Both the position numbers and the translations under genes were made by a program. From assembly GCA_039586365.1 (NCBI GenBank), contig JBDHKN010000020.1, forward strand, positions 1 to 52,106: a stretch of 52,106 bases of DNA, in the 5' to 3' direction. This DNA comes from Gemmatimonadota bacterium. GTDB lineage: Bacteria > Gemmatimonadota > Gemmatimonadetes > Gemmatimonadales > GWC2-71-9. Below the pieces are notes generated by a model. It ran no database searches, was not told where the DNA came from, and was given only the letters and a program-made list of their open reading frames with translations. This document shows positions 1 to 10,300 of the stretch, in pieces (position 1 is the stretch's first letter; each line of letters starts with the position of its first letter).

Positions 1-1849
1 GTGGATCATCAGGATTCAACTCGAGATGCTGTTCTGCTGCCCGTAGCGCCCGGCGATAGGCTGGGTTCGCCTCCGCGTCGCAACCGAGCGCCGCATACGA
101 TTGAGCTGCAAAGAACCGGGCTTGATAGTCTTCGCGCACGTCCGCCGCAGTCTCGAACAGCCGCGCGGCCTTGGCGAACTCTCCCTGCTGAAAGCACGCA
201 CGGGCGTAGAAGTATCTTGCCTCGAACTGCTTGGCATCCAATTCTATCGCTCTTTCGAACTCTTGGACCGCCGCATCCAGATCTTTCAGCTGGAACAGCA
301 CGAACCCTCTGGCAGCGTGGGCCTCGGCCAGATCGGGATCCAGCTCCAACGCCTTGAGACTCGCACTATCGGCCCGCTTGAGAACATCTTCCCCGCCCGG
401 GTAGAACATGTGCAGCAACGAACAGCACTCGGCGACACTCGCGTGCGCCAGAGCGTAGTCCAAATCGATCTCGAGCGCACGGGTGAACATCTCCAGGGCA
501 TACTGCAGGCTCTTCTTACGTGCCTCGTGCATGAACTGTCGGCCCCGCAGGTAGTAGTCGTAGGCCTTCACGTCACTCGGCGGGACTCTCGTGATCGCTT
601 GCCTTTCTTTCTCGGTGAGCACCAGCTTGAGCGCGTCCGCTACATTCTGTGCGATCTCCTCCTCGATAGCGAACACATCCTCAAAGTCACGATCGTAGCG
701 GCGCGACCACAAGTGGTATCCATCGGCGACATTGATCAGTTGTGTCGTCACCCGGAGTGTGTTGCCCGCCTTGCGAACGCTCCCTTCGAGCATGTATGCG
801 ACACTTAGCTGTCTACCAATCTCACGGATATCCTGCTGCTTCCCCTTGAATGCGAAAGCAGAGGTGCGAGAGGCAACCCTCAGTGCCTGCACCTTTGTCA
901 GCGCATTGATGATCTCTTCCGCGATACCGTCGCTGAAGTAGTCCGCCTCCGGATCGCTGCTCATATTCGTGAACGGCAATACAGCGATCGACATCGCCGG
1001 CGCGGCGGCGCTGGACAGCCAGTCTGGTTCGAGCGCTACGATGAAATCGCCTGTCGACGCAAAACGGTCGGCCGGTAGGCACGCGAGCGCACGGGTGACC
1101 ACAGCTTCCAGAGCACCCGGAATCTCCTCGCGGACGAGACGCACGCTGGGTACGCTTCCCTTCAGCTTGCGGATCAGAATGGACCTGGCGTTCGGACCTG
1201 TAAACGGGGGCTCGCCAGCAAGCATCTCGTACAGCACGCATCCCATTGAATAGATGTCAGAACGGGCGTCAGAGGGCTCGCCCGCCGCCTGCTCTGGACT
1301 CATGTAAGCCGGAGTGCCGATAGTCGTGCCGCTCTTGGTGATCCGCTCTGCATCCAGGTCGGTTGCCGCACTGGCAATCCCAAAATCCGCCAACACCGCA
1401 TGCCCCGACGCCAGCAGGATGTTCTCGGGCTTGACGTCCCGGTGTACGACGCCATGGCCGTGAGCATACGCTATGGCACCTGCCACGTCACGCGTGATCT
1501 GCAGAGCGTCCTCAATCGGCAGTTCCCGCTCCCGGCGCAGGCGATCCCGGAGCGACTCGCCCTCCACGAAGGGCATCACGTAGTAGAGATTGCCAGCAAT
1601 GTCGCCAGAATCGTACACGGGAACGATGTTCGGGTGGGTGAGCCTTGCGGCAATGGTGATTTCACGGAGAAATCTGTCAGCCCCGATTGAAGCCACCAGA
1701 TCGCGACGCAACACCTTGAGCGCAACTTCTCGGTCATGTTTACAGTCATGAGCGAGGTATACTACCGCCGCCCCACCGTGTCCCAGTTCCCGCACGATGG
1801 TATAACGCTCTTCTAGCGCAGACTTTAAACCTGTCACACCATTGGGCAA
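1..1849 (-). CDS. Ser/Thr protein kinase with TolB-like and TPR domains (3' end runs off the window; absent from ORF track)
   Basis: Manual minus-strand translation from TTG 1849 (GAGG upstream): ERYTIVRELGHGGAAVVYLA, VALKVL, HRDVKPENILL, ADFGIA, then SIAVLPFTNMSSDPEADYFSDGIAEEIINAL, and HLELNPDDP at the window edge in the same frame. Confidence 0.93.
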   Translation of the reverse strand, partial: MPNGVTGLKSALEERYTIVRELGHGGAAVVYLAHDCKHDREVALKVLRRDLVASIGADRFLREITIAARLTHPNIVPVYDSGDIAGNLYYVMPFVEGESLRDRLRRERELPIEDALQITRDVAGAIAYAHGHGVVHRDVKPENILLASGHAVLADFGIASAATDLDAERITKSGTTIGTPAYMSPEQAAGEPSDARSDIYSMGCVLYEMLAGEPPFTGPNARSILIRKLKGSVPSVRLVREEIPGALEAVVTRALACLPADRFASTGDFIVALEPDWLSSAAAPAMSIAVLPFTNMSSDPEADYFSDGIAEEIINALTKVQALRVASRTSAFAFKGKQQDIREIGRQLSVAYMLEGSVRKAGNTLRVTTQLINVADGYHLWSRRYDRDFEDVFAIEEEIAQNVADALKLVLTEKERQAITRVPPSDVKAYDYYLRGRQFMHEARKKSLQYALEMFTRALEIDLDYALAHASVAECCSLLHMFYPGGEDVLKRADSASLKALELDPDLAEAHAARGFVLFQLKDLDAAVQEFERAIELDAKQFEARYFYARACFQQGEFAKAARLFETAADVREDYQARFFAAQSYAALGCDAEANPAYRRALRAAEQHLELNPDDP

Positions 1850-2025
1850 TCGATCAGCCTCTGCAACCGAAATGTACCCTATCGGGGGGTACGCACGCGG
1901 CCTCCGATTGGTTTCAGGTCGGGTGCTGCAGCGCGAGCAAGAGGCCAGAAGCCGGGCGGCTGCACCCTTGCAATATCTCACCTGACAGGTCTATTCAATA
2001 CGCAACCCTCGACGAGAGCGATGAG

Positions 2026-2403
2026 ATGACACCCAAAACACCCGTCCGCAAGTTCATATGGGAGGAGATGCCCAAGGAACCGGTCACAGATGTGATTGAC
2101 CGGCGCGTGATTACCGGTGAGCGCGTGATGCTGGCGCACGTCTATCTGAAGAAGGGATCCATAGTGCCGATGCACCAGCACGAAAACGAGCAGCTCACGT
2201 ACATCCTGGAAGGGGGCCTGCGGTTTTGGATCGAGACTGAGGATGCCGATCCAATCGAGGTGCACGCCGGCCAGGTGCTGACGATCCCCCCAAACGTACC
2301 TCACAAAGCGGAAGCGCTGGAGGACACCTTCGACGTGGACGTGTTCTCGCCTCCGAGACAGGACTGGCTGGATGGAACCGACACCTACTTCCACCAGACG
2401 TGA
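2026..2403 (+). CDS. Cupin domain protein
   Basis: Cupin motifs PMHQHENEQLTYILEG and IPPNVPHKAEA. Confidence 0.9.
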   Translation: MTPKTPVRKFIWEEMPKEPVTDVIDRRVITGERVMLAHVYLKKGSIVPMHQHENEQLTYILEGGLRFWIETEDADPIEVHAGQVLTIPPNVPHKAEALEDTFDVDVFSPPRQDWLDGTDTYFHQT

Positions 2404-3197
2404 AGATGGATCTCGGCATAGCTGACCGGGTTGCCTTAGTGGCAGCATCCAGCAAAGGCCTGGGCCGGGCGGTGGCGGCGGAGCTGGGCAGAGAGGGTGC
2501 ACGTCTCATCCTCTGTGCGCGGGGTGACGCAGCTCTCAACCAGACCAAGGAAGCCATTGAGAAGGAAACCTGTGCTGTGGTGTTGACCGTGCCCGCCGAT
2601 CTCTCCGACACCCGTGCCGCGGAACACGTGGTTCAGCGAGGGCTCGAGGAGTTCGGCCGAATCGACATCCTGGTAACCAACGCCGGCGGTCCACCCGCTG
2701 GACCCTTTGAAGCGCACGGCATGGATGCCTGGGAGAACACCGTACGGCAGAACTTCCACAGCGTCCTTGCTCTCACTCGTGGTGTTCTTCCCGGGATGAA
2801 ACAACGAAGTTGGGGCCGCATCCTCAACATCACTTCCATTGCGGTGAAACAGCCCGTGGACAACCTGATCCTGTCCAACAGCGTGCGAGCAGCCGTGACA
2901 GGGCTTGCCCGGACATTGGCCAACGAAGTCGCTTCGTTCGGGATCACCGTGAACAACCTGATGCCGGGATACACGCGTACCCAGCGGGTGGAAGAGCTAG
3001 CTGCCCGCATGGCGGAACAACAGGGGAAGGATCCCACGGACATTATCGCAGCTTGGGAGTCCCAGATTCCGATGGGTCGTTTAGGAGAGCCCAGGGAGTT
3101 TGCGGCGGTGGCCGCGTTCCTGGTATCAGAACGGGCTAGTTACGTGACCGGTGCTTCCGTCCAGGTGGATGGTGGTTGGATCCGGTCGCTGCTCTAG
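2400..3197 (+). CDS. SDR family oxidoreductase (3-oxoacyl-ACP reductase-like)
   Basis: ASSKGLG nucleotide-binding motif, NAGGPP, SNSVR, C-terminal VTGASVQVDGG; GTGA overlap with cupin gene. Confidence 0.9.
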   Translation: MKMDLGIADRVALVAASSKGLGRAVAAELGREGARLILCARGDAALNQTKEAIEKETCAVVLTVPADLSDTRAAEHVVQRGLEEFGRIDILVTNAGGPPAGPFEAHGMDAWENTVRQNFHSVLALTRGVLPGMKQRSWGRILNITSIAVKQPVDNLILSNSVRAAVTGLARTLANEVASFGITVNNLMPGYTRTQRVEELAARMAEQQGKDPTDIIAAWESQIPMGRLGEPREFAAVAAFLVSERASYVTGASVQVDGGWIRSLL

Positions 3198-3205
3198 GAG
3201 ATAAG

Positions 3206-4135
3206 ATGTCAACACAGCTCGTGGAATCGGAGTGGATCTGGAAGGACGGAGTATTCATCAAGTGGCACGAAGCAACAGTGCATATTCTGAGTCTGGCGGT
3301 TCAATTTGGTTCCTCCATCTTCGAGGGAATCCGGTGTTATCGGACACCTAAGGGTCCGGCCGTATTCCGCTTGGGGGATCACTTGCGCCGGCTGCGGGAT
3401 TCCTGTCACATCTACCGCATAGACCTACCGCATTCGCAAGAGGAACTCATAGCCGGCTCGCGAGCCGTGATCGCGAAGAACGACCTGGAAGAGTGCTATC
3501 TCCGTCCCATGGTGCTGAGGGGTTACGGGGCGGCGGGAATGAACCCAGTCGGGAGCCCGATCGAGACCTATCTAGTGTGCTGGCCGTGGGGAACGTATCT
3601 CGGTGAAGATGCTCTGGAGCAGGGAGTGGACGTTTGCGTATCGAGCTGGCATCGGCCGGCACCGAACACGTATCCGGCGAATGCCAAGGCAGCAGGTCAC
3701 TACACCAATCCGCAACTGATGAAGATGGAGGCGATAGCCGACGGCTACACCGAGGCCATCGCTTTGGGCCCCGGCGGTGTAGTGAGCGAGGGCAGTGGAC
3801 AGAACCTGTTCGTGGTCCGGGACGGAGGACTTCACACTCCGGCAACCGACGGCACCTTGCTGCGGGGCATCACGCGACACTCGGTCATCACAGTCGCCAA
3901 TGAGCTCGGAATTCCCGTGTGGGAAGAAGCAATCCCACGCGAAACTCTGTACACCGCCGACGAGATGTTCTTTACCGGCACTGCGTCGGAGATCACACCG
4001 ATCCGTAGCGTCGATCGCATCACAGTGGGAGCGGGGCGGGCCGGTCCCCTAACCCGACGTCTGCAACAGCATTTCATGGCTGTTGTGCACGGCGAAGTCG
4101 AGGACCAGCACCGCTGGTTGACGTTGGTGCGGTAG
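3206..4135 (+). CDS. ilvE: Branched-chain amino acid aminotransferase (class IV PLP)
   Basis: FEGIRCY, YLRP, AKAAGHY, EGSGQNLF, LRGITR, FFTGTASEITPI; AGGAG precedes ATG 3206. Confidence 0.9.
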   Translation: MSTQLVESEWIWKDGVFIKWHEATVHILSLAVQFGSSIFEGIRCYRTPKGPAVFRLGDHLRRLRDSCHIYRIDLPHSQEELIAGSRAVIAKNDLEECYLRPMVLRGYGAAGMNPVGSPIETYLVCWPWGTYLGEDALEQGVDVCVSSWHRPAPNTYPANAKAAGHYTNPQLMKMEAIADGYTEAIALGPGGVVSEGSGQNLFVVRDGGLHTPATDGTLLRGITRHSVITVANELGIPVWEEAIPRETLYTADEMFFTGTASEITPIRSVDRITVGAGRAGPLTRRLQQHFMAVVHGEVEDQHRWLTLVR

Positions 4136-4139
4136 CCGG

Positions 4140-4544
4140 CCGCAGCTAACCTCGGATCCACCTTCGTGGCCCGCCGCGCAGGTACATGACTCGCACCAAG
4201 TGCCGCAAGTGCGAGGAGCATGACGGCGACCATGAACGTAGCTGCGTCATAGGTGGCTATCTCGAACAGAAAGCTGCCGAAGAACCGCACGGCTGCCAGG
4301 GCATGGCCACTCCAATGGCGAGCCCGGTCCCTGCCAACGTGGCACCGCGCCTCAAAGCAGCCTTGGCCACGCCACTCGCTTTCGCCCCCAAAGCCACCCT
4401 TATGCCGATCTCGGCAGTGCGCTGCACCATGACATACGCCAGCACTCCATGAACACCGATTACCGCCAGAAGTCCTGCCAGTACCGCGAAGAGGAACACC
4501 AGACCTGTCCGGAAACGGGGCGCTGCAGCCGACAGGGAGATCAC
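4140..4544 (-). pseudogene. Frameshifted C-terminal remnant of an ADOP/MacB-FtsX ABC permease
   Basis: GVHGVLAYVMVQRTAEIGIRVALGA in one frame continues after a shift near 4300 as FLFEIATYDAATF...ASHVPARRATKVDP; matches the C-terminus of the 31995-34673 permease; no N-terminal part. Confidence 0.8.
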
Positions 4545-4564
4545 GAACTCCGCCGGCCCCTAGC

Positions 4565-4617
4565 TTGACCTCCGCACGAAAATAGATATGATACGTTGTT
4601 ATTATACATGTTGTATA
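4565..4617 (+). promoter_or_regulatory. Candidate sigma70 promoter followed by palindromic operator
   Basis: TTGACC-N16-TATGAT (4565-4592), then TATACA-tgt-TGTATA (4603-4617) in an AT-rich island. Confidence 0.5.
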
Positions 4618-4737
4618 GCTATCGACGGGAAGCGCCCGTGGCGCTGCGTCAGTCCAGTAACAGCCGGGATCGGTACCGCTAATTGAAGCCCGGCATACTG
4701 AGTGACCGCCCCAACCGGTCGCTCGTTGGAGAGTGAG

Positions 4738-5721
4738 ATGACCACCAGGAGCATTCACGGCCTCAGCGCGCGCACGCACGCCGTTCTTGCATGGCTGCTC
4801 GCGGCTGGCGCTATGTTCGTTCTACCGAACCCATTGTCCGGACAGGAGGGCCGACCGCCTCCGGATGTGAATCACTTCCCCGTCAGTGCTGCTGTGCTGG
4901 TGGACGGGCAGTTCAGCCGTTGCGAGGGCATTGCATTCAACGGCGAGGGTGACCTTTACGTCGCCGGTGACCGGTCGCTGTGGCGTGTCAGCCGCGACGG
5001 AGCGGTGACAAAGATCGCTGAACTCTACTCCAACCTGGGGCTCGCCGCCATCGGTTCCCGGGACATTCTGATGGCCGATTTCGGCCCTACCAGCCGATTC
5101 AGTCACGGTCCGAACGCCGACGGTATCGTATGGCGCATCACCCCCGAAGGAGAGAAGACACGTGTCGTGGACGGCGGGATCGGTGATCCGAACTTCGTAT
5201 TGGTCCGACCAGATGGCTCGTTCTTGGTGACGGACGACGCTACGGACGAAATCTTCCTAGTAGACACGACGGGCACCGTAACTCTATACACGGATGCTGT
5301 CGGGCACCCCAACGGGGTAGCACTCTCAGCCGACGGTTTCACCCTGTACGTTGCGCAGATCTTCACCAGCCTCCAGCCACTGGTCGTAGACGACCGCCTC
5401 TGGGCAGTGCCCTTAGAGAATGGTGTTCCAGCAGGGGAGCCAGAGGTCATCGCCAACTTGGGAGAGCAGGCCGCCAACGACGGTCTGGCAATGGACGAAT
5501 TGGGTCGCATTTACGTCGCGGCCAACGGAGCCGGACAGATCTGGCGCGTGGACCCTGCTACCAGAGCAACGGTGCTCGTCGCCGAGAACATGCCTGGTGT
5601 CGCCAGTCTGGCGTTCGGCGCAGGAGACTTCGATCCTCACGCCATCTATGCTACGTCTACACGGACTGGCAAGGTTTGGGAGGTGGCGGTAGGTGTTGGT
5701 GGAGCGCCACTTCACCGGTAG
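4738..5721 (+). CDS. Secreted SMP-30/gluconolactonase/LRE family beta-propeller protein
   Basis: Signal-like N-terminus; CEGIAF, PNGVALSADG, NDGLAMDELGRIYVA; start 4702 or 4738. Confidence 0.85.
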   Translation: MTTRSIHGLSARTHAVLAWLLAAGAMFVLPNPLSGQEGRPPPDVNHFPVSAAVLVDGQFSRCEGIAFNGEGDLYVAGDRSLWRVSRDGAVTKIAELYSNLGLAAIGSRDILMADFGPTSRFSHGPNADGIVWRITPEGEKTRVVDGGIGDPNFVLVRPDGSFLVTDDATDEIFLVDTTGTVTLYTDAVGHPNGVALSADGFTLYVAQIFTSLQPLVVDDRLWAVPLENGVPAGEPEVIANLGEQAANDGLAMDELGRIYVAANGAGQIWRVDPATRATVLVAENMPGVASLAFGAGDFDPHAIYATSTRTGKVWEVAVGVGGAPLHR

Positions 5722-5856
5722 CGGACTGGCTCTGTGACCCCAACCTGAGCAACGATGCTACGGGTGCCTCGTGCTCCCATGTCTTGGTAAGCTCGGACAA
5801 TTCGGGATGAGAGGCCACGTCCGGGTCCGCATCGGACCTGGTCACCCAGTCAGGGG

Positions 5857-6384
5857 CTAGGATGCCAGCGTGGCAGATCTTCCCGGCAATGCGAACCCAG
5901 TAGGCTTCCCTTCGAAGCGGACCGTGAACCTGCCGTCCGTACCCCAGCCCAAGGCTGCGGCTGCTACCGCGAGCAGGTACTGAGTCTCTTCGGCAGCCCT
6001 CTGTCCCGTAACGCTGACCGGCACGCGCATGAAACGGCGCACCTTGGAGCAGTCCGTAGCGCGCTCGACTCTAGGAGAGAACCCTGCTGAGAGCAGGCTC
6101 CGTTCGACCTGAGTGAACACATCCCCAGTCCAGACAACGTCGGGTAAGCCGAACTCGAGGATCCGGTCGATTCCGTTCTCGATCAACTCCAACTGGAAGA
6201 AGCCCGCGCCATATTCACGCTCCATGACCATCACGCTCCCACTCTCCCCCTGAGAGAGAAATCGCCCCATGTAGCGTTCGAGTTCGTGAAATCGGACGTG
6301 TCGCTGGTACTTCGGCTGCCGCATGCGCCACAACAGAAAGAGCAGGATTCCCAGGACCGGAACCGACCAAAGCCACCATGGCAT
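5857..6384 (-). CDS. Hypothetical protein with N-terminal membrane anchor
   Basis: 175-aa ORF, hydrophobic MPWWLWSVPVLGILLFLLW, GGAG upstream; no family recognised. Confidence 0.6.
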   Translation of the reverse strand: MPWWLWSVPVLGILLFLLWRMRQPKYQRHVRFHELERYMGRFLSQGESGSVMVMEREYGAGFFQLELIENGIDRILEFGLPDVVWTGDVFTQVERSLLSAGFSPRVERATDCSKVRRFMRVPVSVTGQRAAEETQYLLAVAAAALGWGTDGRFTVRFEGKPTGFALPGRSATLAS

Positions 6385-6525
6385 GTTGGTGATACTCCCG
6401 AAATGGTTGCTTGGTTGGAGAAACGGTGGCGTGTCTTAAGTACGACGGTCCATTGGACTAACCATGAACACGTCAATTGTTCCCAGCAGTTGGCGGCACC
6501 CGGCAACTACGAGCGCATGATGAAC

Positions 6526-6696
6526 CTAGAACTCGCGCTTCTTCATCTGCGAGAAGAGTCTCTGAGCTTCCTCATCCTCGTCTCTCTCCGGAGGGAGCGT
6601 ATCATCGTACTGCTGCCGCTTCTTGGCCTTGGCCTTGGCTGCCTTGGCCGCGTTCTTCTTGGCCAGAGCGGCCAGTTTCTTATCGTCGATCGTCAT
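6526..6696 (-). CDS. Small hypothetical Lys/Ala-rich protein
   Basis: AGGAG before ATG 6696; MTIDDKKLAALAKKNAAKAAKAKAKK...KKREF (56 aa). Confidence 0.65.
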   Translation of the reverse strand: MTIDDKKLAALAKKNAAKAAKAKAKKRQQYDDTLPPERDEDEEAQRLFSQMKKREF

Positions 6697-6781
6697 TGTT
6701 GGTGCTCCTAACATCACCAGCTGTTTCGGAATGGCCACTCGTCCCGCACCACCCAACGGGCCCGCATAGCCAGCCTGGGCT

Positions 6782-7012
6782 TCACATCAAGTCATCGACC
6801 GAGCAGTCCGGCACCAACCCGTCGATGATGCGTCGTCCGTACTCAAAACAACCTTCGATCGCATCTTCTTCAGAAGCGTATGTGCTGGCGCCGCTGAAGG
6901 AACGCAAGTCCGTCCGGCGGCGAATCAACAGATCGAGCGTCCAGCGTCCGGAACCGCGTATCTGGAATGTACGCGGCCAGATCGTAAAACCTTTGTAAGA
7001 ACAAGAATTCAG
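6782..7012 (-). CDS. Small hypothetical protein with apparent CTG start (absent from ORF track)
   Basis: Manual translation: NSCSYKGFTIWPRTFQIRGSGRWTLDLLIRRRTDLRSFSGASTYASEEDAIEGCFEYGRRIIDGLVPDCSVDDLM*; TATAAT at 7044-7039 upstream. Confidence 0.6.
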   Translation of the reverse strand: MNSCSYKGFTIWPRTFQIRGSGRWTLDLLIRRRTDLRSFSGASTYASEEDAIEGCFEYGRRIIDGLVPDCSVDDLM

Positions 7013-7307
7013 TGGTGCGTCCGGGCAGGTGTCAACGAATTATACCCAATTGTGCTACCGGATGGATTGTACGATGCACATCCCTACGTCGTCGCCGGCT
7101 TCGAACTGAAAGGTGGGCGAACCCAGCACCTCGAGCGGCCGGTGTCGATCCTGCCGACAGTTCACAAGAGGATAGCCAGGAAAACAGGCAAAATCGCGCG
7201 ATCGTGGCACCAAGACCGCACTTTGACTGTGCTCACCCACGGAGGGGGCAAGACTCGAAGGCTGGCGCCCCGCACCCCCTCTCCCACTGTGGGTCACCCC
7301 GACTCAC

Positions 7308-10300
7308 CTAGTGCGCGGCTACTCCAGAACCTCTCTGCGGCACCTCGACCGTGCTAGTCCCTTTCTCTGCGAGAATCCGGTTCAATGCCGGCACCGTCTC
7401 TCGGATCGCCTCATCCAATCTCTGCACAGCCTCACGGAGCCTTACCCTGGTCCACTCCAACCGCTCTTCCTGGGATCGAGTTGGGCCTGTCATACTCCCT
7501 ATTACAGAGGGCCCTCCAGCAAACTTCCCGATGAGCCCGCGCCACCAGCCCCGCAGGTCGTTGTTCCGGCGCCGTAATTCGCTCGCAACATCGGCGATGG
7601 CACTGCGCAGGGAGTCAGCAATTGCCAACTCCTCAGGCAGTGAATCTCGCGGGGTTCCAGCGGGCACGTCTTCCACAGATTTTAGCGTGTCCATCGCCTC
7701 CCGTGCAACATCAGCAACTTCGTCAGCCTGAACGGAAGCGTGGTAACCTATCTGCTGGAGCTCGTAAAGAGCCATGGTGAAGTCGTGTCGCGCCCGAATC
7801 TCTGATTCCAGCATGGGCTTTAGAGGATCCCAGCGAACTTGGAGCTCGGTGGAGGAGAGGACCTGCCCCGCTGCAAGCAACTCAACACTGTATTGCCCTG
7901 GCATTACCATAGGTCCCCGCGGACCCACATCCAGACTGGGGACCTGGAATCTCGTGGTGTCATGTGGTAACGGCTGATACCGCAGATCCCAGGTGACTCG
8001 GTTGAACCCCGCCTTCCCCGGGGCGGGCATCGTTCTGACTGTCTTCCCGCCGGAGTCCCGAATATTGAGTCTGGCATCGTCGAGTTCCTGGGAGAGCCAA
8101 AAGTCCAGCATCGCTCCAAACGGTGGATTGGGTGCGATGAATATCCCCTGCCCTTGGGAGGGAACGTCCGTGTTGTACTGAAAAAGCGTCGCGTTGCGCG
8201 GAGTGAATATGTGGGCCACACTCTGCCTGACATTCGACGTCAGACCCGCTAGTGCTCTGACGTCATCCAGAATCCAGATTCCGCGACCATGCGTGCCGGC
8301 CACAAGGTCGTTCTCTCGGGCATGAATTTCGATGTCGTCCACCGGCACTCGGGGCATGTTGTTGTTGAACGGCAGCCACGTACTTCCCCGGTCGAGCGAG
8401 GCGAAGATACCGTCTTCGGCTCCCACAAACAGGAGGTCCTGGTTGTCCGGATGCTCTGTGATCACGTTTACCGTGGCGCTCTCCAGGTTCCTTGCTAGGG
8501 ACCTCCAAACCTGCCCGAAATCCTCGGTCACGTAGAGGTAAGGTCCATAGTCGTCGTCCCAGTGGCCGTCAAATGACACGTAAGCCCGGCCCGCGACGTG
8601 GTGAGATGCCGCTACGCGGCTCACGAACATGGGGTGGGGAAGGTCCGGTATGCGTCCAGACACCTCGGTCCATGTTTCGCCGCCGTCCTTACTCACCTGC
8701 ACGTTTCCGTCGTCGGTCCCAACCCAGAGGATTCCTGACCTGGCAGGGGATTCGGCAACCGTGGTAATCACTCCATAGGTGGCCGCCCCATCGTTTCTGG
8801 CAAGCGTGGTGGAGTCGGTAAGGATCCCCATGATCTCTAGACTGTCCTGTGAGACTCCCCGGCTCAGGTCTTCGGTCATTTCCCAGCTGACGCCACGATC
8901 TCGCGAAGTGAAGAGGCGGTTACCACCCAAGTAGACGGTGGCCGCACTATGTGGGGACAGCAGCATGGGCGCGGTCCAGTAGAACCGGTACTGATTCACG
9001 GTGTCAGCGGTGAACGGCTGGATGTCCTTCCGGTCCAAAGTGCGAGTGTCCAGCCGGATGATGGCACCACCCTGTGAGCTGACGTAGGCGATCCGGGAAT
9101 CCGTGGGATCCGCTTGGTTGGTCATGCCATCGCCGTAGTCCACCACGATCCAGTCACGATTCAAGATACCATGGTAACGCCGTGTGGCCGACGGACCGCG
9201 GTAGGAATTGTTGTCCTGAAGACCCCCGTAGATACGGTAGGGATCCTCCGTGTCCAGAGAGATGTCGTAGAATTGCTGGATAGGCAGGTTGGCAGTGAAC
9301 AGCCAGTTCTCGCCGCCGTCGAACGTGTAATACAAGCCTCCGTCGTTACCCAAGACCATGTGGCGAGAGTCCCTAGGATCGATCCAAAGGTCATGGTGAT
9401 CCACGTGAACGCCCGTGTTGTACTCCAACTCCATGGGCATTTCTGTGAAGGTCTTGCCTCCATCGGTGGAGCGATGTAGCTGGGTCCCCAGCACATAGAT
9501 TCTCTGGTCGTCGTTAGGGTCGATGCGGATTTGGCTATAGTACATGGCCCGAGGATTGAGACTGTTGACTTTCTCCCAGCTTTCCCCCTGATCGTCCGAT
9601 TGGTAGATCCCGCCCTCCCGAGCCTGCACGATAGCCACGACCAGGTTGGGATTGCGGGCCCAGACTGTAAGTCCAATACGGCCCTTATCTCCCTCAGGCA
9701 GCCCTTGCGACACTTGATGCCACGTCACACCGCCGTCCATGCTCCTGTAAATCCCGCTACCGGGACCACCTCCTACGAACCCCCATGCTCGGCGACGTCG
9801 TTGGTAGGCGGCAGCATACAGCACATCTGGATCGGCCGGATGACGAGCCAGATCGACGAATCCAGTGTTCTCATCAATGAAGAGCACCTTCCGCCATGTC
9901 TCACCTCCGTCGCTGGTCTTGTAGATCCCACGCTCGGCATTCGGACCCCAGAGATGTCCCAGAGCGGCCACCCACACCGTCATAGGGTCCGTCGGATGGA
10001 CCACGATCCGTCCGATGTGACGCGTCTCCTCCAGCCCCATGAAACGCCACGTCTTCCCCCCATCGCTGGAGCGGTAGACACCAGCACCCCAAGGGGACGA
10101 GTTCCTGTTGTTCGCCTCCCCGGTTCCTACCCACACCTCCAACGGGTCTGAAGGGGCCAGGGCTATGTCACCCACACTGATGTTTTCGGCTGCGTCCAGA
10201 ATCGGTTCCCAGGTAATTCCGTGGTTGCGAGACAGAAACACTCCTCCAGAGGCAGATCCAACATAGAGTTGGGATGGGGTGCCCGGGACGACTTCGATGT

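Noticed and set aside
101..1690. Plus-strand ORFs such as 101-808 and 1400-1690
   Set aside because: Antisense shadows of the kinase gene. The same applies to 10453-11400, 39523-40626, 44674-45522 and 49620-50357.
3832..4779. 315-aa minus-strand ORF
   Set aside because: Chimeric frame: only its middle is the ADOP remnant, and the rest overlaps ilvE antisense and intergenic DNA.
6440..6520. Possible integron attC site between small minus-strand genes
   Set aside because: Core sites match RYYYAAC/GTTRRRY poorly, there is no second copy and no integrase; only an imperfect hairpin.
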